Shown in pieces: positions 38,067 to 47,596 of a stretch of DNA of 64,000 nucleotides. Source of the stretch: Bdellovibrionota bacterium (GTDB lineage: Bacteria; Bdellovibrionota; UBA1018; CAIPTA01; JAALKR01); contig CBDBMJ010000001.1 in assembly GCA_965207455.1 (NCBI GenBank), forward strand, positions 480,001 to 544,000. Reading direction: 5' to 3'. The notes under the pieces are model-generated. The model had not been told where the DNA came from. It searched no databases and worked only from the letters and a program-made list of their open reading frames with translations. Both the position numbers and the translations under genes were made by a program. Each line of letters opens with the position of its first letter. Positions within the stretch are counted from its first letter, which is position 1.

Positions 38067-41000
38067 AGGAGTGGTAATATTGGATGGAGATGAGGTCAGG
38101 AGTTGAAAGGAAAGAGAAGGGGCTATCGTGTCCAGTGTATAAGTAATGCCTGTGGTTGCGCATGGAGCTTGGTCATTTTGATTTGTGTAAAAAGCAGGTC
38201 TTGTTTTGTTAGTGTGAGAGTGATTTCTCCATTACTATGGATTGAATTGGCTTATCCGTACAACTGGCATCTGTAAAAATCTCTATTGTAGGTAGCACAG
38301 GACTTGAAATATTGGATGGAGATGAGGTAAGGAGTTGAAAAGAAATATTTGGAGCTATTGTCTAGTGTATAAGTAATGCCTGTGATTGCACATGGAGTTT
38401 CATTTCCTCCTTGGTCAATTTGCTTTGTATAAAAAGTATAGGTCTTGTTTTCGCTTAGTGTGAGAGTGATTTCTCCATTACTGATGGATTGAGTTGGTTT
38501 AACGGTACAAACTGCATCTGTGAAAATTTCTATTGTATCTCCTTGCTCTATGGTGCCCATAGTATTTAGTACAGGACTTACAATATTAGATGGAGATTGG
38601 GTGGCAAGTTGAAAGGAAATATTTGGAGCTATGGTATCCAGTGTATAAGTAATGCCTGTGGTTGCGCATGGACTTTCATTGCCCGCTTGGTCACTTTGCT
38701 TTGTATAAAAAGTGTATGTCTTGCTTTCGCTTAGTGTGAGAGTAATTTCTCCATTACTAATGGATTGAGTTGGTTTAACGGTACAAACTGCATCTGTGAA
38801 AATTTCTATTGTATCTCCTTGCTCTATGGTGCCCATAGTATTTAGTACAGGACTTACAATATTAGATGGAGATTGGGTGGCAAGTTGAAAAGAAATATTT
38901 GGAGCTATCGTGTCCAGTGTATAAGTAATACCTGTGATTGCACATGGAGTTTCATTTCCTCCTTGGTCAATTTGTTTTGTATAAAAAGTATAGGTCTTGT
39001 TTTCAGCTAGTGTGAGAGTGATTTGTCCATTGCTCATGGATTGAACTGGCTCATTATTACATGCACTATCTATGAAAACTCTTATTGTAGTTCCTGATTC
39101 TAAGGTTCCATTAATAGTCAATACAGGATTAGTACTATTGGATGGAGAAGAGGGATTGAGTTGAAAAGAAATATTTTGAGTTCTGTCTAGTGTATAAGTA
39201 ATACCTGTGGTTGCGCATGGAGTTTCATTTCCCAATTGGTCACTTTGCTTTGTATAAAAAGTGTATGTCTTGTCTTCAGTTAGTGTGAGAGTGATTTCTT
39301 CATTACTGATGGATTGGGTTGGCTTATCCGTACAACTAGAATCTGTGAAAATTTCTATTACATCTCCTGATTCTATAGTGCCTATAATACTTAGCACAGG
39401 AGTGGTAATATTGGATGGAGATGAAGTGAGGATCTGAAAGGAAAGAGAAGGGGCTGTGGCGTCCAGTGTATAAGTAATGCCTGTGCTTGCGCATGAAGTT
39501 TCATTTCCCAATTGGTCACTTTGTTTTGTGTAAAAAGTGTATGTCTTGTCTTCAGTTAGTGTGAGAGTGATTTCTCCATTACTAATGGATTGAATGGGCT
39601 TATCCGTACAACTAGAATCTATGAAAATTTCTATTATATCTCCTTGCTCTATGGTGCCCATAGTATTTAGTACAGGACTTACAATATTGGATGGAGATGG
39701 GGTAAGGAGTTGAAAAGAAATATTTGGAGCTATCGTGTCCAGTGTATAAGTAATGTCTGTGGTTGCGCAGGTTTTTTCATTTCCCGCTTGGTCGCTTTGC
39801 TTTGTATAAAAAGTATAGGTCTTGCTTTCGCTTAGTGTGAGAGTGATTTCTCCATTACTGATGGATTGGGTAGGCTTGACGGTACAAATTGCATCTGTGA
39901 AAATTTCTATACTATCTCCTGATTCTATAGTTCCTATAGTATTTAGCACAGGAGTGGTACTATTGGATGGAGATGAAGTAAGGAGCTGAAAGGAAAGAGA
40001 AGGGGCTATGGTGTCCAGTGTATAAGCAATGCTTGTGGTTGCGCAGGTTTTTTCATTTCCCGCTTGGTCACTTTGCTTTGTGTAAAAAGTGTATGTCTTG
40101 TTTTCGCTTAGTGTGAGAGTGATTTCTCCATTACTGATGGATTGAGTTGGTTTAACGGTACAAATTGCATCTGTGAAAATTTCTATTGTATCTCCTGATT
40201 CTATAGTGCCTATAGTATTTAGTACAGGACTTACAATATTGGATGGAGATGGAGTAAGGAGTTGAAAAGAAATATTTGGAGCTATCGTGTCTAGTGTATA
40301 AGTAATGCCTGTGGTTGCACATGGAGTTTCATTTCCTCCTTGGTGAATTTGCTTTGTATAAAAAGTATAAGTCTTGTTTTCAGTTAGTGTGATAGTGATT
40401 TGTCCATTGCTCATGGATTGAACTGGCTCATTATTACATGCACTATCTATGAAAACTCTTATTGTAGTTCCTGATTCTAAGGTTCCATTAATAGTCAGTA
40501 CAGGATTAGTACTATTGGACGGAGAAGAGGAGTTGAGTTGAAAAGAAATATTTTGAGTTCTGTCTAGTGTATAAGTAATACCTGTGGTTTCGCATGGAGT
40601 TTCATTTCCCACCTGGTCACTTTGTTTTGTATAAAAAGTATAGGTCTTGTCTTCAGCTAGTGTGAGAGTGATTTCTCCATTACTAATGGATTGGGTTGGC
40701 TTATCCGTGCAAATTGTATCTGTGAAAATTTCTATTACATCTCCTGATTCTATAGTGCCTATAGTATTTAGCACAGGAGTGGTAATATTAGATGGAGATG
40801 AAGTGAGGATCTGAAAGGAAAGAGAAGGGGCTATGGTGTCCAGTGTATAAGTAATACCTGTGGTTGTGCATGAAGTTTCATTTCCCGCTTGGTCACTTTG
40901 TTTTGTGTAAAAAGTATAGGTCTTGTCTTCAGTTAGTGTGAGAGTGATTTCTCCATTGCTGATAGATTGGGTTGGCTTATCCATGCAAATTGCATCTGTG

Positions 41001-41121
41001 AAAATTTCTATACTATCTCCTGTATCTAAGGTGCCATTAATAGTGAGTATAGGAGTGCGGATATTTGATGGGGTTGAGGAAGCAAATTGTAATGCAAAGG
41101 ATGGAGGACTTGTATCTAATG
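37585..41121 (-). repeat. 13 tandem ~276-bp coding repeats (Ig-like), one shortened to 230 bp
   Basis: GTATAAG anchors at 37585, 37861, 38137, 38367, 38643, 38919, 39192, 39468, 39744, 40020, 40296, 40569, 40845 and 41121. Confidence 0.93.
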
Positions 41122-41533
41122 TATAAGTAGCTCCTGTGCTAGTACAAATGTCTTGTTCGATATCTTTAACAAAATAGGCGTACGTTCCCTCGGCACTAAT
41201 ATCTAGTCTTATGGTTTGTTCACCTTCAGATGATGAAGTGACAGTGTAGTTTACTGTTGTGCCATTACAGCTATCTAAATATAGCTCTATTGTGGACTCT
41301 GTTCCTATGCCAGAAATTTGCAGGCTAGGGCGTGGATCATTGGATATATTATTTCCAATGATCTTTATGGACAGGGCTTTAATTTCCTCAATGGGAGCAA
41401 CTGCCACGTTTTCTCTAAAACAGCCACTCAGGAGGGAGAGGACGGAAAGGCTGATTAAAAAATAAACCTTATTTTGGCTCGCTTGTCTTAAGGGCGTAGT
41501 GAAATTAAAAAGTTTTCTTATATTTATCATCAT
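38252..41533 (-). CDS. N-terminal part of the giant lipoprotein adhesin with Ig-like repeats
   Basis: Lipobox LSGC; 92-aa repeats TYTLDT...DQAGNE.C; frame lost in the damaged repeat unit. Confidence 0.85.
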   Translation of the reverse strand: MMINIRKLFNFTTPLRQASQNKVYFLISLSVLSLLSGCFRENVAVAPIEEIKALSIKIIGNNISNDPRPSLQISGIGTESTIELYLDSCNGTTVNYTVTSSSEGEQTIRLDISAEGTYAYFVKDIEQDICTSTGATYTLDTSPPSFALQFASSTPSNIRTPILTINGTLDTGDSIEIFTDAICMDKPTQSISNGEITLTLTEDKTYTFYTKQSDQAGNETSCTTTGITYTLDTIAPSLSFQILTSSPSNITTPVLNTIGTIESGDVIEIFTDTICTDKPTQSISNGEITLTLAEDKTYTFYTKQSDQVGNETPCETTGITYTLDRTQNISFQLNSSSPSNSTNPVLTINGTLESGTTIRVFIDSACNNEPVQSMSNGQITITLTENKTYTFYTKQIHQGGNETPCATTGITYTLDTIAPNISFQLLTPSPSNIVSPVLNTIGTIESGDTIEIFTDAICTVKPTQSISNGEITLTLSENKTYTFYTKQSDQAGNEKTCATTSIAYTLDTIAPSLSFQLLTSSPSNSTTPVLNTIGTIESGDSIEIFTDAICTVKPTQSISNGEITLTLSESKTYTFYTKQSDQAGNEKTCATTDITYTLDTIAPNISFQLLTPSPSNIVSPVLNTMGTIEQGDIIEIFIDSSCTDKPIQSISNGEITLTLTEDKTYTFYTKQSDQLGNETSCASTGITYTLDATAPSLSFQILTSSPSNITTPVLSIIGTIESGDVIEIFTDSSCTDKPTQSISNEEITLTLTEDKTYTFYTKQSDQLGNETPCATTGITYTLDRTQNISFQLNPSSPSNSTNPVLTINGTLESGTTIRVFIDSACNNEPVQSMSNGQITLTLAENKTYTFYTKQIDQGGNETPCAITGITYTLDTIAPNISFQLATQSPSNIVSPVLNTMGTIEQGDTIEIFTDAVCTVKPTQSISNGEITLTLSESKTYTFYTKQSDQAGNESPCATTGITYTLDTIAPNISFQLATQSPSNIVSPVLNTMGTIEQGDTIEIFTDAVCTVKPTQSISNGEITLTLSENKTYTFYTKQIDQGGNETPCAITGITYTLDNSSKYFFSTPYLISIQYFKSCATYNRDFYRCQLYG

Positions 41534-41725
41534 ATATCGGCATAATTGTTAATTTTTCTTTATAATTCAATGGTATCATCTTTATCGACTCAGTGCTAGA
41601 GTCTTGATGAATAGTAACTAAAATTTATAATTCTAAAAGTACCGATAGCTATATAACTGTGAGCAAGTAAGTTGTAGAGTGTTTTGCGTTTGCTGAGTAG
41701 AGGGTCTTACACGGAAGGGGGTATT

Positions 41726-43204
41726 TTAGGACTTTATGTTTAATCCTTTGGGAGTAATTACCTTGTCTATAAGTTCAAATAACCCATGAATAAAAAGAGC
41801 GAAAATAGCAGCAGGTATGGCTCCAGAAAGAATTGTATTTGTATTATTGAGCGCTAGACCAGTAACAATGGGAACACCATATCCTCCAGCACCGATGAAG
41901 GCAGCTAGCGTGGCTGTCCCCACGTTAATGATAGCTGAAGTTTTAATCCCTGCCATAATTGCAGGAGAAGCCAGCGGCAAGTCGATTAGAAGTAAGCGAT
42001 GAGAACCTGAAAGTCCTATGGATTTTGCCGACTCTATCAACTTGGGATCAATGGTGAAAAGTCCCGTATAGGTATTTTGAACAATGGGGAGTAGACCATA
42101 GAGGAAAAGGGTAAAGAGAGCAGGAATGAGACCTATTCCCAAAATGGGAATCAATAAGCACAGTAGGGCAAGAGAAGGAATAGTTTGTAACAGACCACTA
42201 CTGACTAAGATAAATTGAGCAAGCCATGGATTTTTTACCGCAAGTAGACCCAGTGGCAGGGCCACCGCAATGGAAAAAAATAAAGAAACAAATACAAGAA
42301 AACTATGCTGTTTTGTGTATTTCCAAATGTTATGCCAAAAGATAAGGCTATCTTTTTTTGTCAGTTCCTGATTTAAAAAAAATGAAGCTGCTTCAGAGAA
42401 TTTTTTTTTATCCGTTTCCACCATTGAGTTGAGTGCTCTCATCTTTTCTTCTGTTATGGAATTTTCCAACTTTTTTAGGGCAGCCCATGTTTTAGGGTAT
42501 TGATCGAAGATTTGTTTTTTAGCTAGAATCACTGCATTGTAAGTGGGAAAGAAATTCTTATTATCTTGAAGAACCAGCAGTTCAAAGCGCTGGATTTTAG
42601 CATCCGTACTATATCCCACAATAAGGTCTGCTTTATTATTTTTAATGGCTTCGTATGCAAGAGAGTGCTCCATTTCTGTAATATTCTTAAAATAGAGTTG
42701 GTAGGTTTTTTTCAGCCCAGGATAGCCGTCCTTGCGGTTAGAAAACTCCCGGTCAAAAATTACTTTTATGGAGCCTAGGTGTTGAGTTAAATCACTAATT
42801 TTTTTAATACCAAGACGGTTGGCTGTAGATTTTCGCATGGTCAGGGCGTAGGTATTATTAAAGCCTAGAGATTTTGTGGAAATAAGATTTTTATTTTTAA
42901 TTTGAGCCTGGATTTGCTCTATAGACATGGGGTTAGGATTATGGAGCAGTACTCTGGATAGGGTGCCCGTATATTCAGGGTACATGCCTATGGAGCCATT
43001 TGTTAATGCGCTGTAAATCAGTCCTGTACCCCCTAAACCAAATTTTCGTATAACAGAAGTTTCTCCTACCTTCTCAATAGTTTGGGCTATTATCTCTCCA
43101 AGAATATAGGACTCAGTAAATGGTTTCGAACCCACTGTAATGGGCTCCTTAGCCATAGCCGTTGAACTTATAATCCATAGAAGCAAGAAATATAGATTCT
43201 TCAT
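41726..43204 (-). CDS. Osmoprotectant (glycine betaine/choline) ABC transporter, fused substrate-binding + permease
   Basis: VGSKPFTESYILGE, YPEYTGT, NNTYAL, QTIPSLALL, AAFIGAGG. Confidence 0.93.
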   Translation of the reverse strand: MKNLYFLLLWIISSTAMAKEPITVGSKPFTESYILGEIIAQTIEKVGETSVIRKFGLGGTGLIYSALTNGSIGMYPEYTGTLSRVLLHNPNPMSIEQIQAQIKNKNLISTKSLGFNNTYALTMRKSTANRLGIKKISDLTQHLGSIKVIFDREFSNRKDGYPGLKKTYQLYFKNITEMEHSLAYEAIKNNKADLIVGYSTDAKIQRFELLVLQDNKNFFPTYNAVILAKKQIFDQYPKTWAALKKLENSITEEKMRALNSMVETDKKKFSEAASFFLNQELTKKDSLIFWHNIWKYTKQHSFLVFVSLFFSIAVALPLGLLAVKNPWLAQFILVSSGLLQTIPSLALLCLLIPILGIGLIPALFTLFLYGLLPIVQNTYTGLFTIDPKLIESAKSIGLSGSHRLLLIDLPLASPAIMAGIKTSAIINVGTATLAAFIGAGGYGVPIVTGLALNNTNTILSGAIPAAIFALFIHGLFELIDKVITPKGLNIKS

Positions 43205-43968
43205 GAATTTTCCTTCGTCTGAGCCATACTCTCTAGACCCATATATAAAGGTAATTGGGCATGAATGAATGTTTGCACAAAGTTGTTATTGGGTTTTTGG
43301 AAGAGGCTTTCCATTGTTCCATGTTGTGCGATGTAACCGTCATTCAATAGAGTGACTGTATGACCAAAATAAGCTGCTTCTGCAATATTATGGGTCACAA
43401 TGAGAACAGTTTTCTTGAGAGAATTGAAGAGAATTTTTAATTCTTTTTGTAAACTAGCTTGCACAATGGGGTCCAATGCCCCTAGGGGTTCATCGAGGAA
43501 TAAATACCTTGGATCGAGCATGAGAGCTCGCATAATGGCAGCTCTTTGGCGCTGTCCTCCGCTAAGTTGCTGAGGGTAGCGAGATAGTATTTTTTTATCA
43601 AAACTCATCATTTCAGACAGTTCTGTTATTCGCTGGTCCATTCTTTCTTTGGACCATTCACGAACTTTAGCAATGAGACAAATATTGTCGTAAGTGGAAA
43701 GGTGGGGAAATAGTTCACCCTGTTGCATTACATAGCCCACTTGCTGTGCAATTTCTTTTTGTTTTTCTAAAAGAACCTGCTTGTTATCTAGAAAAACTTT
43801 TCCAGAGTCCGCCGGGATAAGACCTAAAATGATTCTAATTAAGGTGGACTTTCCGCACCCACTGGATCCAAGCAATACATGGGTCTTCCCAGAAGCCAAC
43901 TCCAAGTCTATTTCACTGATTATTTTATTTTTTCCATAAAATTTTGTAATGTGCTCTATTTTAATCAT
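43201..43968 (-). CDS. Osmoprotectant ABC transporter ATP-binding protein
   Basis: GSSGCGKST, LSGGQRQR, FLDEPLGALD. Confidence 0.95.
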   Translation of the reverse strand: MIKIEHITKFYGKNKIISEIDLELASGKTHVLLGSSGCGKSTLIRIILGLIPADSGKVFLDNKQVLLEKQKEIAQQVGYVMQQGELFPHLSTYDNICLIAKVREWSKERMDQRITELSEMMSFDKKILSRYPQQLSGGQRQRAAIMRALMLDPRYLFLDEPLGALDPIVQASLQKELKILFNSLKKTVLIVTHNIAEAAYFGHTVTLLNDGYIAQHGTMESLFQKPNNNFVQTFIHAQLPLYMGLESMAQTKENS

Positions 43969-43996
43969 TGTTTTTTAATAAGGTGGATTGGGAGTT

Positions 43997-44311
43997 TTAT
44001 TCGTATATTTCGATAATTTTTTTTTCTACAATTCGATATTTTAAATCGTAAGCATCAATCATGGCAGAAAAGACTAAGTTCCACTTGGTACTTTCCACGT
44101 CTATAGAAAAGGTCTTCTCCAAATCTATATTTTTAGAGAATTTCACCTGCCAACTTACCACAGCAAACAGCTTTCTCATAGCGTTTTGTAGAGTTTTTTC
44201 CTTAAAACTTAGTTTTATCACCTTCTGGGGAAGAGTAGTGGACAAGGCATGGTCCATAAGAAAAAAATTAAAAAAGAATAGGAGAAAATAAATAGATGGT
44301 TTTTTTTTCAT
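43997..44311 (-). CDS. Small secreted protein, STN-like domain
   Basis: Signal peptide; GGAGG RBS; pattern IKLSFKEKTLQNAMRKL...FSIDVESTKWNLVFSAMIDAYDLKYRI. Confidence 0.6.
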   Translation of the reverse strand: MKKKPSIYFLLFFFNFFLMDHALSTTLPQKVIKLSFKEKTLQNAMRKLFAVVSWQVKFSKNIDLEKTFSIDVESTKWNLVFSAMIDAYDLKYRIVEKKIIEIYE

Positions 44312-44344
44312 TTTAATGCTTCAACCTCCCTAGTATTCTAACCG

Positions 44345-44524
44345 TTTGTGGAGAAAATAGGCAAGCCTTTGTGGAGATAATAGGCAACAAGCCTTTGTGG
44401 AGATAATAGGCAACAAGCCTTTGTGGAGATAATAGGCAACAAGCCTTTGTGGAGATAATAGGCAACAAGCCTTTGTGGAGATAATAGGCAACAAGCCTTT
44501 GTGGAGATAATAGGCAACAAGCCT
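44345..44524. repeat. 26-bp tandem repeat (6 perfect copies at 44363-44518 plus partial flanks)
   Basis: Unit AAGCCTTTGTGGAGATAATAGGCAAC with no spacers. Confidence 0.97.
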
Positions 44525-47483
44525 ATTTGGAGTGTTTATGCACTTCTAGAATTTTTTCCATAATTTCTATAGTGTTCATAGATTCAAGCTCATCCATACC
44601 GAACCGATTACAAAGCACTTGAGGGAGTTCATGTAACGGCTCTGAGAACTGTAGGTTTCGATTGCCATAAGCCTCATCCACCCGATCCACAGGTGTAAAA
44701 TGGGGAGTGGTTTTTAAAACCTCTGGATGTTTTTTCGCAAGATCATAAATCGTGAGTACAATATCACAAAACCTGTCTAGCTCTTCTTTGCTATAACTTT
44801 CAGTAGGCTCCAGCATTAAACCAAGGGATTCGGGGAAAGCCACAGTGGGAGCATGGAGACCAAAATCTAAAAACAGTTTACCAACTCTAGGAATGACCTC
44901 TGATTTCTTCAAACCCACAGCCTCTGCTCTGGAAAATACTTCTTGCTCCAGTGTTAAAATAAATTCATGCATACGAGGAGTATCTTTCGCTCCCTGAGGT
45001 AGGGTGGGATATACTTGGGATAATTTTTTATAGAGATAGCAAGCGCTTAACACAGCTATTCCACTCATTCTCCGTATTCCCTCCTTGCCTAACGCACGCA
45101 AATAGGTATAGCAACGAACCTTATGGGCAAAATTTCCAAAGTGACGATGTACGGACCCGATGGATTTTTTAGGATGATACAAATCATAGTATCCATTTTT
45201 CCTTACCACCTGCACCCCCGGAAGATAGTCCAAGAGCCGCTCACTCACAGCCACAACCGCATCTCCAGGACCACCACCCCCGTGAGGAATCGTCCATGTT
45301 TTATGGGTATTGCTGTGAACCGCGTCCACTCCCAGTTTCCCTAAATCTACCCAACCTGCAATGGCATTCATATTGGCACCGTCCATATAAACCAAACCAC
45401 CCACCGCATGAATACTGTCCGCAATTTTTTTAAAATTTGTTTCAAAAATACCCGACGTGTTGGGATTTGTAACCATAATACCGCAAATGCGCTTTCCATA
45501 AGTATCCACTAGAGATTGGAAATGCTCCATATCTATCTCTCCACCACGGTTTGCTTCTACCCAAATAATATTTCTTTGCTGGAATCCTGCCATGGTAGCA
45601 GTTGCTGGGTTTGTTCCATGAGAGGTGCGGGGAAGGATAATAATATCTCGCGTATCTCCATTTTCTTCGTGATAGGCTTGGAACATTTTAATTCCCACGA
45701 GTTCTCCCTGTGCTCCAGCCACCGGCTGAGTGGTAACTCCAGGTAAACAAAAAATACTTTTAAAGTATTGTTGAATTTTATACAGTATTTCTAAAGCACC
45801 TTGCGTATCCTCCACAGGTGCCTGAGGATGAAGATCTGTAAAGCCGGGCAAAAGGGCAGCGTAGTCATTAATATAAGGATTATATTTCATCGTGCAAGAA
45901 CCCAAGGCATAGATGTTCTCATCCGGACTCACATTTTGCTCCCCTAGGCTCGTATAAAATTTCTTGAGTTCAGGGAGAGGAACCTGGAGGAGAGGGATTT
46001 TTTCTCGTCGGAACTGGGATCTTGGAATGCTCGTTGGTTCTTCTTTTGTGCTAGTTGGTTTTTTACAGCATTGCTTTTGAAAAAACTCCAATAATTTTTC
46101 ACAATCCTCCTGAGATTGCATGTCGGAAAAAGAAATAAGTAAATGATTCCCCTTTGAATTACTTATTCTTGAAGAGACATCCACACCCACATGGATACCA
46201 GCCCTAGCACCCAGACGAATGAAATTTTTGGCATCCATGGGAAGCGTTAGAGTAAACTCATTAAAAAATGGAACTTGAGGATAGGTTAGGTTCACGTTGG
46301 AAAGAGTAATAAGTTTTTGGGCCATTTTTTTTGCTTTCCCATGGGCAATAGCACCTATTTGGGCCACTCCCTCTCCCCCTCGCTCCAAGAGCGCTGCCCC
46401 TGCCACGGTGGCAATATACGCCTGATTGGAACAAATATTGGAAGTGGCTTTTTCCCTACGAATATGTTGCTCCCGTGTGGAAAGAATTACGGAATAGGCT
46501 GTGCGACCATTTATATCCTTGCCCTTACCCACAAACCTACCCGCAGTTTGACGAATATTATTCTTACACTCAGAATGGAAACGAATACCAAAAATTCCTA
46601 AGCCCGGTCCTCCCCAGTTGGGTCCAATGGCTAAGTGCTGACCCTCTCCCACAAACATATCTGCTCCCAAGGATCCAAAATCTTTGGGGGGCTTGAGCTG
46701 ACCCATAAGCATGGGATCCACTACGGCAATACTTAGAGCTCCATATTTTGCTGTAAGATCCGTCATTTCATCCACATCTTCGAGAGTGCCTAGGCAGGAA
46801 ATCTGAGGAAAGCAAACAGCAGCAGGGCTAAATTCTTGGATTTTTTTTCTGAGTTGATCCATATTGGTGGAACCCGTGTTGGGGTCCAAATCCACGTACT
46901 CCAAGCATAGACCAGTGAAACTTCTCATGGTCTCTAGCACCTCAATGTCTCCAGGGTATAGAGAGCGGCTGACGAGAACGGAGGAGGCCTTGGGGCGAAG
47001 ACGCATAGCGCATTTTATGGCTTCAAAGCAAGCGGTGCTCCTGTCATAAAAGGAAGCGTTTACAGCCTCAAACCCACTTAGGGCCGATAGGGCCGACTGG
47101 TATATCCAATGACTTATCAGGGTGCCCTGGCTTCTTTCAGGCTGGTAGGGGGTATAGGCTGTGGTGAGCTTACGAATACCCAGCACATGGGGGACCACCT
47201 GGGCCGTTGTGTATTGGGGGAGCCCGTCGCCGAGAAAGGAAATTTTTTTATTGTTTTTCTCAGAGCAGGCCACCAGTTCTTTCTGAAGATCCTCATAGCT
47301 AAGCTCTTCAGGTAGCGAGGGATCTGTTTGGGGACGAACGGAGCTGGGAATTTGATGGAAAAGCTCCTCTATGGACTCCAGACCCAAACTTTTGAGCATT
47401 TCCTGCACCTCTTCGTTTGTGGCAGAAATATAATGGCGCTTGAGCTCCCGGGGTAATTCCTTGGGGTTATAGGGTAGAATCAA
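44523..47483 (-). CDS. gcvP: Glycine dehydrogenase (decarboxylating), GcvPA-GcvPB fused type
   Basis: TAYTPYQPERSQG, TREQHIRREKATSNIC, LGSCTMKYNP, HKTWTIPHGGGGPG. Confidence 0.95.
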   Translation of the reverse strand: MILPYNPKELPRELKRHYISATNEEVQEMLKSLGLESIEELFHQIPSSVRPQTDPSLPEELSYEDLQKELVACSEKNNKKISFLGDGLPQYTTAQVVPHVLGIRKLTTAYTPYQPERSQGTLISHWIYQSALSALSGFEAVNASFYDRSTACFEAIKCAMRLRPKASSVLVSRSLYPGDIEVLETMRSFTGLCLEYVDLDPNTGSTNMDQLRKKIQEFSPAAVCFPQISCLGTLEDVDEMTDLTAKYGALSIAVVDPMLMGQLKPPKDFGSLGADMFVGEGQHLAIGPNWGGPGLGIFGIRFHSECKNNIRQTAGRFVGKGKDINGRTAYSVILSTREQHIRREKATSNICSNQAYIATVAGAALLERGGEGVAQIGAIAHGKAKKMAQKLITLSNVNLTYPQVPFFNEFTLTLPMDAKNFIRLGARAGIHVGVDVSSRISNSKGNHLLISFSDMQSQEDCEKLLEFFQKQCCKKPTSTKEEPTSIPRSQFRREKIPLLQVPLPELKKFYTSLGEQNVSPDENIYALGSCTMKYNPYINDYAALLPGFTDLHPQAPVEDTQGALEILYKIQQYFKSIFCLPGVTTQPVAGAQGELVGIKMFQAYHEENGDTRDIIILPRTSHGTNPATATMAGFQQRNIIWVEANRGGEIDMEHFQSLVDTYGKRICGIMVTNPNTSGIFETNFKKIADSIHAVGGLVYMDGANMNAIAGWVDLGKLGVDAVHSNTHKTWTIPHGGGGPGDAVVAVSERLLDYLPGVQVVRKNGYYDLYHPKKSIGSVHRHFGNFAHKVRCYTYLRALGKEGIRRMSGIAVLSACYLYKKLSQVYPTLPQGAKDTPRMHEFILTLEQEVFSRAEAVGLKKSEVIPRVGKLFLDFGLHAPTVAFPESLGLMLEPTESYSKEELDRFCDIVLTIYDLAKKHPEVLKTTPHFTPVDRVDEAYGNRNLQFSEPLHELPQVLCNRFGMDELESMNTIEIMEKILEVHKHSK

Positions 47484-47596
47484 AATTACTCCTTATAATT
47501 TGAAAAAACATTTCCATTGCTATACCATTACAAGGGTACCTTATTCAATAGACACAAAAATATAGGTCCGGGCTAAAATATAGGAGGGTAAAACTC

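Noticed and set aside
33288..41533. Diversity-generating retroelement or shufflon acting on repeats
   Set aside because: No reverse transcriptase or invertase; repeat differences are not adenine-restricted and all units are direct
44338..44520. 60-aa ORF
   Set aside because: Only a translation of the 26-bp tandem repeat
44345..44524. CRISPR array
   Set aside because: Units are directly adjacent with no unique spacers, and no cas genes are in the window
47484..47596. Glycine riboswitch before gcvP
   Set aside because: Region is only 113 bp and lacks GGAGA/CAGG aptamer motifs in the right arrangement
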